From the NCBI GenBank assembly GCA_009692665.1, contig SHYT01000008.1, positions 14,764 through 78,763 on the forward strand: a stretch of 64,000 nt of DNA. Reading direction: 5' to 3'. The translations under genes and the position numbers were made by a program. Below are positions 9,048 to 18,808 of the stretch, in pieces (within the stretch, counting starts at the first letter, position 1; every line of letters begins with the position of its first letter). The stretch is from Dehalococcoidia bacterium. Lineage in GTDB: Bacteria; Chloroflexota; Dehalococcoidia; Lucifugimonadales; SHYT01. The notes below the pieces were generated by a model. The model was not told where the DNA came from. It saw only the letters and a list, made by a program, of their open reading frames with translations, and searched no databases.

Positions 9048-10307
9048 ATGTTCTTCATGCATTTCACAGAGAAACCTTGGCAAGACGACAGAACTGAGCG
9101 TGTAGGCCAGAACGACTTCGACTTGGAACTGAGCAACGGTTTCTATGACCCAGTGTTGGGCAACAAGCTCTATAACCGCTACATTGACGAAGATATTTTC
9201 TGTGAAGAGATGGGCTTTGACGGCCTCATGCTCAACGAGCACCATAGCACGCCAGGCTGCATGCAAGGTGTCACCAACGTTGGGTTGTCCATCTTGGCCC
9301 GCGTTACCAAGAAAATCAAGTTGATTCCCCTTGGGAACATTCTCCCTGCTTGGGATGACCCCATGTGGCTCGCGGAACAGCTAGCCATGATCGACGTGAT
9401 TTCCGGCGGCCGCTTGGTCTCCGGCTGGGTGCGTGGTACTGGCCGGGAGCACGTGGTGCACAACACGCATCCCCCGTCCAACTGGGAGCGGTTCCAAGAG
9501 GCACACGACCTCATCATCAAGACCTGGACAACACCTGGGCCGTTCCGCTGGGAAGGGAAGCATTTCCAGTACCGGTATGTGAACCCCTGGGTCGTGCCCT
9601 ACCAGAAACCCCATCCGCCTATCTGGATTCCGGGCACAGCAAGCCGTGCCACCGTGGATTGGGCTGCCAAGAACGGGTTCCCGTACATCATCTTGGGGGC
9701 CGAGCTGGAAGCGACAAAGAGCACGTTTGCGTACTACCACACCGCGGCTGCGGAGTATGGGTTCAAGACGGGTACCCAGCACAATGGGGAGCTCATCAAG
9801 GTCCACTGTGAAGCCACAGAAGAGAAGGCTGACGAGGTCGGACGGAAATTCCTGGGCGGAGTCCGGAATCCTTTCCTGCTTGGTAATGAAGGGCGTGTGA
9901 AGTCGTGGGTGCAAGCCCTCCCAGGGCTGTCACCGAGGAAAGCGGCTGAGAGGATCGAAACGGGCATCGGTCCAGTTGGCCGCGGCGGTCCGGCCGGTGG
10001 CGCACAGTCAGCCTCATACGAAGAACAGTCCGCAAAATACTTGATCATCAGCGGCACACCCAAAACCGTTATTACCAGGGTGAAACATGTGATGGAGCAG
10101 ACGAGGCCTGGTACCCTGCTCCTTTGGGACGGCGAAGGGGCCATGAACCATGAGGACCACATGCGCAGCCTGAAACTCCTGGGGACGGAAGTCCTGCCTG
10201 CGCTGCGTGACTATGCAAAAGAACTGGGCATCGTTGGCCCGTTTGACACGAATCCGGTTGCCGGTATGACCCGCGGCTTGGTCCCAGAGGCGGTAACGGC
10301 TCGCTAG
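9048..10307 (+). CDS. Luciferase-like (LLM) flavin-dependent monooxygenase, subfamily A copy 1
   Basis: GFDGLMLNEHHSTPGCMQ and IDVISGGRLVSGWVRG match the LLM TIM-barrel pattern. Close paralog of 27807-29075. Confidence 0.85.
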   Translation: MFFMHFTEKPWQDDRTERVGQNDFDLELSNGFYDPVLGNKLYNRYIDEDIFCEEMGFDGLMLNEHHSTPGCMQGVTNVGLSILARVTKKIKLIPLGNILPAWDDPMWLAEQLAMIDVISGGRLVSGWVRGTGREHVVHNTHPPSNWERFQEAHDLIIKTWTTPGPFRWEGKHFQYRYVNPWVVPYQKPHPPIWIPGTASRATVDWAAKNGFPYIILGAELEATKSTFAYYHTAAAEYGFKTGTQHNGELIKVHCEATEEKADEVGRKFLGGVRNPFLLGNEGRVKSWVQALPGLSPRKAAERIETGIGPVGRGGPAGGAQSASYEEQSAKYLIISGTPKTVITRVKHVMEQTRPGTLLLWDGEGAMNHEDHMRSLKLLGTEVLPALRDYAKELGIVGPFDTNPVAGMTRGLVPEAVTAR

Positions 10308-10381
10308 CCTCCGCGGTTTTTGGCATGGGATATTCCAAAACGCGCTATGAGCTAGTGTCGTAGCACAAAAAGGGGTTCTAG

Positions 10382-12262
10382 ATGTTAAATCCCGTCCGGC
10401 GCCCTATACCCATTCTGCTTGTTGGCATTCTAGCGCTCGTTTTTGCCTTAGCCTGTTCAAAAGCAGCAGCCCCTGCAGCAACGCCTTCACCTGCGCCATC
10501 GACTACCCCATCGCCCACGGCTGCGCCCGCCCCGGCCACTGCGCCCGCGGCAATTACGGCGCCACTGGCCTCCGCAGGAGTGTTCGCGGTCGATCCGCGG
10601 TCAGACGAGCCGGGGTCTACCATGCCGCAAGAGGTCTTGAAGTACAACTACACCAAGCTGCCCATGTGGACAAAAGCGAAGTACGGCGGCGAACGCGTCG
10701 GAAACGGGGGAACGTATAGCATCCTCCAGCAAAACCCGTTCACGTCCTTTAGCAAGCGCAACATCTTTGCGGGCATGTTCATCATGATTGACGCCGGGAC
10801 GTGCAGCTCCATTGGGCGGACGGACTTCTCTGAGTGCAATGGCGTCCGTAACAACGCCCTTGTTGGCACGCTGGTGCCTGGTCTGGTGGAGAAGTGGGAG
10901 CGGCCAGACCCGCTGACGGTGGTTCTTACCCTACGGCAGGGGGTGCTCTGGCCCAACTTGCCACCCATGAACCTCCGCCCCAACCGGAATGTCACCGTGG
11001 AAGATATGAAGTGGTACTTTGAAACGCAGAAGAATGAAGGCGTCTACCGGGACACCTTCGCATTGGTGGACACCTTTGAGGTCGTCGACAGCCGGACGTT
11101 GCGTCTGCGTTTTGCCCAGCCTCACTCCACCTTCATTCAGATGCTGGCCAACTACGGCCTTGGCATCATCCCCAGGGAATGCTACGAGGATAAGGCGGGA
11201 TGCCTGGCCAAGCGTCTCATCTCCCCAGGTCCGTTCATCTATGATGAAGCGGGTTCCGAGCCTGGTAACAAAGTGATCTACAAGAAGAATCCCGAATTTT
11301 GGCTCAAAGGACTCCCCTACCTGGACCAACTGCGGACGATCCGGGTCACGGATTTGGCGGCACAGCGGGCGGCCTATATCACGGCGCAGTTCGATCAGTT
11401 CGCGGTATATTCGCCGCGAGAGCGCGATCAGCTTCTGAAGGAAACGCCGGCTTCGCAAGTCCAAACACAGTATTGCTCCTGCGGGTCTGCCCATTTTCAG
11501 ATGCGGATGGACCAAGCGCCGTTGAACGACGTGCGTGTCCGCCGTGCGCTGTCCATGGCCATGGACAGGCCCAAGGCGTGGTTAGCTGGCAACGACGGCT
11601 ACAACGCCATGGGTTCACCGATGGCGTTCGACTTTTTGGGCCTCAACCTCTTCGTCAGCCTGAAAACTGCGGGCCCATACAACCAGTACAACCCTGCGGA
11701 AGCAAAACGGCTCCTTGCTGAAGCTGGCTATCCAAGCGGTTTTGCGATCACTGTTAACATAGCAAATAGTGGAGCCAGCACCCAGTACGGAAGCGTCGAG
11801 ATGGTTACTTCGTTACAACAGGACTGGGCCAAGGTCGGTGTGACCTTGCAACTAAAACTCATTGACGCTCAGGCGGAAGCTGGTTTGAGGCGCGACAAGA
11901 AATGGGATGGCATGCTGTTCAGTCAGTGCTATGACTGTAACGCCACTGACCCGGACAGCTACTTCCTCGTCGGCTATTCCAAGAGTGTCCGGAATTTGCA
12001 GGGGATCAATGACCCCATCATCGACGATATGTACCTGAAAGCCCGTTCTGAGGTGGACCCCAAGAAGCGGGAGCAGATCTACTGGGACTTCAACAACCGC
12101 ATGTTTGACCAGATGTATGGTATGCACTTTGGCAATCCTAGCGGCTTTGAGTTTTTTGCCCCATGGCTCAGGAACGCCTCAAGCCATGTGTGGGCCTACG
12201 CTAGTATCACCAACTTTGCCAGTTGGGTCATGTGGATTGATCCCGACCTCATGAAGAAATAA
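10382..12262 (+). CDS. Lipoprotein, ABC-type family-5 solute-binding protein (SBP1)
   Basis: Signal peptide with lipobox (LVFALAC), then a Pro/Ala/Thr-rich tether, then an SBP_bac_5-like body. Close paralog of 42915-44807. Confidence 0.85.
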   Translation: MLNPVRRPIPILLVGILALVFALACSKAAAPAATPSPAPSTTPSPTAAPAPATAPAAITAPLASAGVFAVDPRSDEPGSTMPQEVLKYNYTKLPMWTKAKYGGERVGNGGTYSILQQNPFTSFSKRNIFAGMFIMIDAGTCSSIGRTDFSECNGVRNNALVGTLVPGLVEKWERPDPLTVVLTLRQGVLWPNLPPMNLRPNRNVTVEDMKWYFETQKNEGVYRDTFALVDTFEVVDSRTLRLRFAQPHSTFIQMLANYGLGIIPRECYEDKAGCLAKRLISPGPFIYDEAGSEPGNKVIYKKNPEFWLKGLPYLDQLRTIRVTDLAAQRAAYITAQFDQFAVYSPRERDQLLKETPASQVQTQYCSCGSAHFQMRMDQAPLNDVRVRRALSMAMDRPKAWLAGNDGYNAMGSPMAFDFLGLNLFVSLKTAGPYNQYNPAEAKRLLAEAGYPSGFAITVNIANSGASTQYGSVEMVTSLQQDWAKVGVTLQLKLIDAQAEAGLRRDKKWDGMLFSQCYDCNATDPDSYFLVGYSKSVRNLQGINDPIIDDMYLKARSEVDPKKREQIYWDFNNRMFDQMYGMHFGNPSGFEFFAPWLRNASSHVWAYASITNFASWVMWIDPDLMKK

Positions 12263-12307
12263 CCTGAAGCGCGCTAGGTGTGGCTGGCGAACTACGGGAA
12301 GCTGCCA

Positions 12308-12346
12308 AAAGGCCGGCACTGAAGGAATTCAGTGCCGGCCTTTAAT
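12308..12346 (+). terminator. Rho-independent terminator after SBP1
   Basis: Perfect 16-bp stem AAAGGCCGGCACTGAA / TTCAGTGCCGGCCTTT with a GGAA loop, followed by TTTAATT. Confidence 0.7.
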
Positions 12347-12537
12347 TGCTGGCGGTTGTTTACGCGGCGGGCGTCGTGCCAACCTTGTGGCTTTGGGCGT
12401 AATGTGCCTCTCTTCTCGACCAATAGACTGTGCGTGAGGCTTTCGCGCCATGAAAGCCCTAGGGTTTCGTGTACTCGCTTTCTATGTGCCAGCGTGGAAG
12501 CGAATATCTAGGGAAATGGATATAAATAAAATGGACG

Positions 12538-13299
12538 CTACTTGTTAGCAGCAGCCAGCCACGGCTTCACAGGCTCCAGATCAAACGGGTGGTCGAGCTG
12601 TACCAGAAAGAGCTGAACGCCTGCCTTAAGGTACTCATCCACTCTGGAGACGGCGCTGGGCGGAAGGTTGGTCGAATGCTCAATGTCAGCCGGGTTTCGG
12701 CCTACTTTTTGGCACCAATCATCAAGAAGCCCGCTCCTCCGAGCGTACTCTTCTGGCGTGCCGCCAAAGTTGCAAATGTCCGCATATTGCGCGACAAGCC
12801 GGAGAGTAACTTTTTCGCCGCCGCCGCCAATGAGAATGGGCAGCGGGCCTACCGGCGGGGGATTCAGTTTGGCAAGTCGGCTCTTAATGACCGGGAGAAC
12901 CTCTCGGAAGTATTTGAGGCGGCTGGCCGGCGTGCCGAATTCGAAGCCGAACTCCTGGTAATCACGCGCACTATTTCCGGCGCCAAGCCCTAAGTTAAAC
13001 CGGCCGCCGCTGAGATGGTCAATGGTGCGGGCCATGTCAGCGATAAGGCTTGGATTACGGTAGCCCACGGAGCTGACCATGGAGCCAATACGCGCGTGGC
13101 TTGTCTCACAAGCCATCGCCGCCATCAAGGACCAGCATTCAAAGTGGGAACCAGCCGGGTCACCGGAGAGGGGATAGAAATGGTCCCACGTTGTGATGCA
13201 GTCCACCCCAAGTTGATCAGCCCCCTTCCAGGCCGTGCGAAGCGCCTGGATGGTGGTGTGCTGCGGGCGTAAATGTACCCCAACTTTGAATCGAGCCAT
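12538..13299 (-). CDS. LLM-class oxidoreductase (probably F420-dependent)
   Basis: MARFKVGVHLRPQ..., WDHFYP, GYRNPSLIADMARTIDHLSGGRFNLGLGAG and ILIGGGGEKVTLRL resemble F420-dependent LLM families. ATG at 13299 chosen; the longest ORF starts at TTG 13398. Confidence 0.8.
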   Translation of the reverse strand: MARFKVGVHLRPQHTTIQALRTAWKGADQLGVDCITTWDHFYPLSGDPAGSHFECWSLMAAMACETSHARIGSMVSSVGYRNPSLIADMARTIDHLSGGRFNLGLGAGNSARDYQEFGFEFGTPASRLKYFREVLPVIKSRLAKLNPPPVGPLPILIGGGGEKVTLRLVAQYADICNFGGTPEEYARRSGLLDDWCQKVGRNPADIEHSTNLPPSAVSRVDEYLKAGVQLFLVQLDHPFDLEPVKPWLAAANK

Positions 13300-13440
13300 A
13301 CGTGGGCCATTGTAGCAGACCTTGTTGGCAATGAGACCGCTCGTGAAGCCGTCGCTCTGTGGCCCTAGAATCACGGTCTCGTTGTCATTGCTCTCCAAAT
13401 AGCTTTCCCGCTCAGGTGGTTTGGTGTCTATACCTGTTCT

Positions 13441-13660
13441 CCCCTTCCTTTTAGGGAAGGTGAGTTAGAGGGATTAGGTGGGCAGGGCGGCGATGGCCTG
13501 CCGCCAGCAGCAGCACGTTTTCCTCTGGCAAAAGCATGAGAGATTCTGAGTGGCAATGAGCCGTAGCGAAATCCGACTGCGCCCAGTAAGACGAAGCATG
13601 CCTGAAGCAGACGTCGCAGACCCCGAGTTAGGTCGAGGGGAGCCGAAGCCGAAGGAAATC
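13441..13660. repeat. Intergenic repeat cluster A (degenerate REP-like units)
   Basis: Contains the hairpin CCTTCC-TTTTAG-GGAAGG, GGATTAGGTGGG, the cores GAGAGATTCTGAG (13538-13550) and GTCGCAGACCCCGAG (13613-13627), and GAGCCGAAGCCGAAGGAAA. These are shared with clusters B and C. Confidence 0.6.
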
Positions 13661-13950
13661 TGCGGGCGGGGAAACACACGGTTTTTGAGGCAAAATAGGC
13701 CAAAATGCGAATTGTGAGGCAAGCCGATAAGAAGGGGATTTAGTCCCTACGTCTCAAGAACGAATTCTAGCATAGCAATGGCCATTAACACTGGAATGAG
13801 TCGCGAGAAATAATGATCTTGGGCTTGCACAGAAATTGGCCTGAAAATGGGATTTGTTGTGCAAAGCCTGATCGTCTTGACAAGTCGCTTCAGCAATCAC
13901 TAGGATGGCGCGAAACTCGAAGTACGGCAAAAATTGGGGAGGGATTGAAC

Positions 13951-15030
13951 ATGGTAGTTGGATGGGCCATCGAAGGTCTGGGTGGATGGGCCGATCATAC
14001 GGTCGCTCCCGCGCTTAAGCAGGCTAAGAATACGAAGCTGGTTGGCGTGGTCAGCAGAGATCTGGCCAAAGCTCAGAAGTTCGCGAAGTACCACGAGATT
14101 ACGAATGCATATGACAACTTGGGGGCCTTACTCAACAACAAGGATGTCAACGCTATCTACGTGGCTACCCCAAACAGCTTGCATGCAGATTCGGTCGTGG
14201 CGGCTGCGCAACGCGGCATTCACGTCATGTGCGCAGTGGCGATGGCCGTCACCGAGGAAGACTGCGTCAAGATGGTGGATGCCTGCAAGAAGTACAACGT
14301 GCGGCTAGGCGTGGACTTCCAGACCCGCTGGCATCCGGCGTTCCGCGCGCTGAAGCAGACTATTGCTGATGGCACAATTGGCCAGGTAGTGACTGCCCGC
14401 GTGCAGCTGTCCAGCGCAGGGGCTCAGTACCGCCCGCGCCAAGCCTGGCGTGTGCCCAACGATGGTGTTGACGGCGACAACATCATGCCAAGAACAGGTG
14501 GAGGCCCGGCGCATCCGGACGCGTGGCAGCGCAACCTGGCCATGCGTGGAGCGGGCGTACTCTCCGGGCGCGGCATGTTTGGCACGGACATGCTTCGCTT
14601 CCTCTTCGGCGACTTTACTGAGGTGAGCGCCATTTCGAACGTGGCGACCGCGCCGCGTAACCAGGAGACGTTTGTTGTGGCTAGCGTGGCGTTCAAGAAC
14701 GGCGTGGTGGCCAACTACGATTCTGCGGATAGCACGCCATTCCCGGACAACTCGGTCACTGTCTATGGCACCAAAGGCACCGCCATAGCTACTGGGCTCC
14801 AGACTTCTCACGCGGACGGCACGCTGGAAGTGAAGACGGACAAGGGCCGGCTGTTCCGTGAATTCTTTGGGTACAACATGTATCAGGATGAGTTTGAAGC
14901 GTTCAACGAGTGCATTGCCACCGGCAAGGACCCGGATCCGTCCGGCGTAGATGGCTGGCGTGAGCGGCAGATGACTCTGGCCATTCGTGAATCAGCGGTC
15001 AAGGGAACGGCGGTCAAAGTCAAGATCTAA
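13951..15030 (+). CDS. Gfo/Idh/MocA-family oxidoreductase (atypical: EKP motif absent)
   Basis: Family-like N-terminal Rossmann region and KLVGVVSRDLAKAQKFA. The position of the GxHVxCEKP motif reads GIHVMCAVAMA. ATG 13951 follows GGGGAGGG; the longest ORF starts at 13813. Confidence 0.7.
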   Translation: MVVGWAIEGLGGWADHTVAPALKQAKNTKLVGVVSRDLAKAQKFAKYHEITNAYDNLGALLNNKDVNAIYVATPNSLHADSVVAAAQRGIHVMCAVAMAVTEEDCVKMVDACKKYNVRLGVDFQTRWHPAFRALKQTIADGTIGQVVTARVQLSSAGAQYRPRQAWRVPNDGVDGDNIMPRTGGGPAHPDAWQRNLAMRGAGVLSGRGMFGTDMLRFLFGDFTEVSAISNVATAPRNQETFVVASVAFKNGVVANYDSADSTPFPDNSVTVYGTKGTAIATGLQTSHADGTLEVKTDKGRLFREFFGYNMYQDEFEAFNECIATGKDPDPSGVDGWRERQMTLAIRESAVKGTAVKVKI

Positions 15031-15098
15031 CCCGCAAGCTATGGTCTCGGCCGGCGCCTACCGAACAACCAAAGCCGAAGGGAAAGGGGGTGGTATCC

Positions 15099-15848
15099 AT
15101 GCCAACAGTGCTCTATGAAAAGAAGGGCCACGTCTCCTATGTGACACTCAACCGGCCAGAGGTCCTTAACGCCATTAACTCAGAGATGCGTGAGGAGCTC
15201 GAGCAGGTATGGTTCGATTTCGAGCAGGACCCGGACGCATGGGTTGCCATCATGACCGGCGCGGGCCGCGGCTTCTCCGCTGGTGGTGACCTGCGGGCTC
15301 GCGACCGCGGAGCGGCCCCCACGAGGCCTGCGCATAGCTACAGCCACAGGGACGTTATGAAGCCCATCATCTGCGGCATCAATGGCCCGGTCCGGGCGGC
15401 GGGTATGGACATGATGCTGCCGTGCGACATCCGTGTCGCCGCAGATGTCGCAACCTTTGGCATGACCATGACCAGCTGGGGTGTCATGGCCTCCACCGGA
15501 GCCTCGCAGCTCCCGCGCTCCATTAGGTGGGCGAATGCTATGGAGTTGCTTATGACCGCGGAGCCTATCAACGCCCAGGAGGCCTATCGCATTGGCCTGG
15601 TGAACAAGGTGGTGCCCCTGGAGAAACTGATGGAGACGTGCGACGAGTACGCGGCGAAGATTTTGCGGAACTCCCCGACCGCTATCCGCCTGACGAAGGA
15701 AGCCGCCGTGCGCGGCAGAGACGCTACCCTGGCGGAGAGCTTGCACATCGGTTCCATGCTGGGACGCTACTCTGGGACAACTGAGGACTCCAAGGAAGGG
15801 CCAAAGGCGTTTACAGAAAAGCGTAAGCCCAACTGGAAGAACCACTAA
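15099..15848 (+). CDS. Enoyl-CoA hydratase/isomerase (crotonase fold)
   Basis: VTLNRPEVLNAIN and IMTGAGRGFSAGGDL are crotonase signatures. ATG 15099 follows AAGGGGG. Confidence 0.85.
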   Translation: MPTVLYEKKGHVSYVTLNRPEVLNAINSEMREELEQVWFDFEQDPDAWVAIMTGAGRGFSAGGDLRARDRGAAPTRPAHSYSHRDVMKPIICGINGPVRAAGMDMMLPCDIRVAADVATFGMTMTSWGVMASTGASQLPRSIRWANAMELLMTAEPINAQEAYRIGLVNKVVPLEKLMETCDEYAAKILRNSPTAIRLTKEAAVRGRDATLAESLHIGSMLGRYSGTTEDSKEGPKAFTEKRKPNWKNH

Positions 15849-16028
15849 CAGCCTCATTGTGGTGTTTTGCACGCTGTATCTTGGACAGGCATGCAGAACA
15901 CACCCAAAGGCCAGGAACATTTGCAAAAGTTTCGATTTTTTGCTGACTAAAGCCAATCAAAACTGAAAAAATGGAAAAGGGGGGACGCGAGAGCCGTTCT
16001 CTCGGTTCTGGCTAGAGGCCGGCCAGCC

Positions 16029-17282
16029 TTAGGCCCGCGTCTTGGCTCGTGCTCGTGTCCCGGTTTCGGGCAGGGTAAATGCGACAATAGTCATCAGCAC
16101 AGGGAAGAAAATCAACGCAAGAAGTCCTGCCTTAAGCGATCCGGATAAGGTCGCAACGATACCGGTCAAGAGTGGACCACCTAGAATCCCCAACGTGACA
16201 ACCGTACGCATGACAGACTGGCCCATTGCTATATCAGAGGGACTCGTGTCGGGGAGTTCAAATGGGATGCTTTGGAGCGCAGGGAAAGGCGACCATGCGA
16301 CGAAGCCCACGACCACCGCCGTGGCAAGCAGTGCTTGCCAGGATAAGGGTGAAAGCAGAAGAAAATAAAGGAAAGGGAGCAGCACGCCGCTGGGGATAAT
16401 GGTCGGCTTCCGTAGCCCTATCTGGTCGGACAGGTATCCCATAGTCACAGTGGCTAATATTCCGCCTACCGATAGACCGCCTACGATAAGACCAGCCATC
16501 GAAAGGGAGAACCCGCGAGATTCCGTCAGGTAGCTGGGCAGAAACAAGATAAACGTTGTCCATGTAATTGCAGTGCTCCATTGAGCAAGTCCAAGGAGAA
16601 AGTACTCCTTTCGCTTGAAGACTTTTTTCAGTGAGCTCCAGCCGCCGCCTCTGGTCACAGCACTCAAATATCCGGAAGTAGGGTGCTCTTTTCCTGTAAG
16701 GGCCCAAAAGCAGGCCAACACCAGCACGGCCATCCCAGTGACAATGTAGACTTGCCGCCAGTTGCCTATGAGCCCCAGCAGCACAGGCACCAAGATGGTC
16801 CCCGCGCTTTGGCCGGTATTGGATAGCCCCATGCTGAAGCCCATAACGGTCGCGAACTCACGTCTTGGTATCCACTGTAGCCGTAGCAAGGTGAGGGGGA
16901 TTTGCAAGGAGGAATTCACCACCGTAAACAGCACTATCGCTATCGATAGCGATAAATAGCTCTGGACGAAGCCGGTCGCCAATAAAATGACGCCCACTAA
17001 GAAAAGAAAAGAACCGTATACCCACTTTGGGCTAAGTTTCACCAGCACCAGGGAAGAAGGAATAATCGTGAGCGCCACAGCCAGTTGACTGGCGCTGCCA
17101 AGCCAGCCTGCCTGAAGCAGCCCAAAGCCTAAATCTTTGCGCATTGCGGGGAGCAAGACGCCCAAAGGCAAGAGCAAAATCATCTGAGTATGGATCCATG
17201 TACTGCCAATAATAACCCAGCGGTACCCAGATGGTTTGCTGGATTCTGCAGAGGTAGACGTTTCAGAAATTTTGTTGAGCAT
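16029..17282 (-). CDS. MFS transporter
   Basis: 417 aa, about 12 hydrophobic segments, GYLSDQIGLRKP loop in the second half. ATG start. Confidence 0.8.
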   Translation of the reverse strand: MLNKISETSTSAESSKPSGYRWVIIGSTWIHTQMILLLPLGVLLPAMRKDLGFGLLQAGWLGSASQLAVALTIIPSSLVLVKLSPKWVYGSFLFLVGVILLATGFVQSYLSLSIAIVLFTVVNSSLQIPLTLLRLQWIPRREFATVMGFSMGLSNTGQSAGTILVPVLLGLIGNWRQVYIVTGMAVLVLACFWALTGKEHPTSGYLSAVTRGGGWSSLKKVFKRKEYFLLGLAQWSTAITWTTFILFLPSYLTESRGFSLSMAGLIVGGLSVGGILATVTMGYLSDQIGLRKPTIIPSGVLLPFLYFLLLSPLSWQALLATAVVVGFVAWSPFPALQSIPFELPDTSPSDIAMGQSVMRTVVTLGILGGPLLTGIVATLSGSLKAGLLALIFFPVLMTIVAFTLPETGTRARAKTRA

Positions 17283-17491
17283 AGTGAAGTCTCTGCCTTA
17301 CGCGTTTCGAGTGGAGTGATTCCAGCAAATCCGCCAAGACTGCCACATCATGCTTCGCAGCAAGGCCAGCGCTCCTGCCGAAGCCCATTGTACAGGCCTA
17401 GAGCACTACTGCAGACGGCCTTGGGTAGGTGATAGCCAGTTCATCAGCATCCAGGCACTGAGGCAACTTAGCGCTCAAGCTACGGGATAGT

Positions 17492-17511
17492 GAATGCAGT
17501 ACACTGCATTC
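17492..17511 (+). promoter_or_regulatory. 20-bp palindrome upstream of the hydratase RBS (candidate operator or 5'-UTR hairpin)
   Basis: GAATGCAGT-AC-ACTGCATTC has perfect 9-bp arms and ends 9 nt before the GGAGG of the 17532 gene. Confidence 0.3.
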
Positions 17512-17531
17512 CGCATTGTAGGAGGCAGAAC

Positions 17532-18374
17532 ATGACTGAAGTCAAACGGACACCGGATGGAAAGATTGTGCCGGCCCCAACTCCCGATGACGTTCTCTAC
17601 CGCACTAAGGACGGGGCTGCATGGATCGCGCTGAACCGGCCGGACGTCCTCAATGCTATCAGCAAGAATGTGCTGCGCCTGTTGTACAAGGCCCTTGAGC
17701 GTGCGGATGCCGACCCCGCTGTGAGAGTCGTCATTCTCACCGGGGAGGGACGGTCGTTTAGCGCCGGAGGGGATCTCAATTCCGCTCGTTACTATCCCGA
17801 TGCAGATCCAGCGCCAACCTCGCTCGAGGTCCAGATGAAGATATGGGGGCTTTCAAAGCCAGTCATTGCGATGGTTCGAGGCCATGCCTTGGGCCAGGCG
17901 TGCGAGCTGGCGGGTGTCTGTGATATGACCATTGCCTCCGAGGACGCGCAGTTCGGCGAAATACAGATTAGGAATGGCTCGCTGCCGCCTGTGCTCATCA
18001 CGCCATTTCTCGTGACGCTAAAGCATGCGAAGGAGATCCTGCTCTTGGGCGATGTCCTGAGCGCCACTGAGGCCGCGCGAGTGGGACTCGTGAACAAGGT
18101 GGTGCCTTCTGACAAGCTCCAGGCTGAGACTGAGGCACTGGCCCGCAAGTTTGCTGCCCTATCGCAGCATGCGGTGAAGATGAATAAGGCGCTCATCAAC
18201 CGGGTGTATGAGCTAGCCCACATCCAGAAAGCAATGGACTATCGGGATGACCCCGCGATAGCTGCGGCGCTGGAAGCGGGCAGGGCTGATGCTCTGACAC
18301 AGGAGCGCCGCAAGACCCTGCAAGAACAGGGATGGGATGCCTTCAAGGAATCACGGGACAAGGAATATAAATAG
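17532..18374 (+). CDS. Enoyl-CoA hydratase/isomerase (crotonase fold)
   Basis: IALNRPDVLNAIS and ILTGEGRSFSAGGDL match the fold. ATG 17532 follows AGGAGG; the longest ORF starts at 17490. Confidence 0.85.
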   Translation: MTEVKRTPDGKIVPAPTPDDVLYRTKDGAAWIALNRPDVLNAISKNVLRLLYKALERADADPAVRVVILTGEGRSFSAGGDLNSARYYPDADPAPTSLEVQMKIWGLSKPVIAMVRGHALGQACELAGVCDMTIASEDAQFGEIQIRNGSLPPVLITPFLVTLKHAKEILLLGDVLSATEAARVGLVNKVVPSDKLQAETEALARKFAALSQHAVKMNKALINRVYELAHIQKAMDYRDDPAIAAALEAGRADALTQERRKTLQEQGWDAFKESRDKEYK

Positions 18375-18419
18375 TATTCCAGTCTAGGCGCGACCACAGC
18401 CCTCATTGGGCCGCCATAA

Positions 18420-18458
18420 AAATGCATGGCAAAGGTCATAAACCTTTGCCATGCATTT
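18420..18458 (+). terminator. Rho-independent terminator
   Basis: Perfect 17-bp stem AAATGCATGGCAAAGGT / ACCTTTGCCATGCATTT with a CATAA loop, followed by a T-containing tail. Confidence 0.7.
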
Positions 18459-18530
18459 GGTTCAAGTGCCGCTCGGTCTTAGCCCCCGGTGGTAGCCCTT
18501 GATTGCTTTAATGCCAACCTCTACTTCAGG

Positions 18531-18808
18531 GAAGGTCGCAGGCGCAGACCCCCGAGCCGTGCCGAGGCGTAGAGTCAAAATGGAAAGGGCAGGAAAGTCC
18601 CTCTCCTCGTGGGAGAGGTCGCAGACTCTGAGCTTGCCGAAGAGGATTTAGGGTGAGGTTGGCTGGGCGGAGAGGATCTGCCGCTACAGCGACAGTTTTC
18701 AATACAGATTGGCATTCTGGCAAGAGCACGTACAATTCCGAGCCACAGCGTTACCCGACTGCTGCCGCCAGGCTCCGAGTAGGGTGGAATCCGCAGCCCT
18801 TCGTGTCT
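18531..18808. repeat. Intergenic repeat cluster B
   Basis: Cores GTCGCAGGCGCAGACCCCCGAGCC (18535-18558) and GTCGCAGACTCTGAGC (18618-18633), and the hairpin CCTCTCC-TCGTG-GGAGAGG. GTTACCCGACTGC (18750) and GGGTGGAATCCGCAGCCCTTCG (18782-18803) are matched in cluster C. Confidence 0.6.

Noticed and set aside
8970-9266. Antisense ORFs conserved at the 5' ends of both LLM-A paralogs (8970-9266 and 27765-28061).
   Set aside because: Their similarity follows from the high nucleotide identity of the sense-strand paralogs. They show no independent coding signal or RBS.
10378-10647. Ala/Gly/Val-rich antisense ORFs over the SBP linkers (10378-10647, 25676-26014, 42866-43171).
   Set aside because: They are the reverse complements of the Pro/Ala/Thr-rich lipoprotein tethers. 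They are low-complexity artefacts, not genes.
13428-13722. Hypothetical ORFs covering the repeat clusters (13428-13722 minus, 18526-18925 minus, 22268-22546 plus).
   Set aside because: They consist of translated repeat units (for example RVKNPQPFADSEPGRGVADPEPKPKE). They lack an RBS and differ in frame and strand between clusters. Non-coding repeats explain them better.
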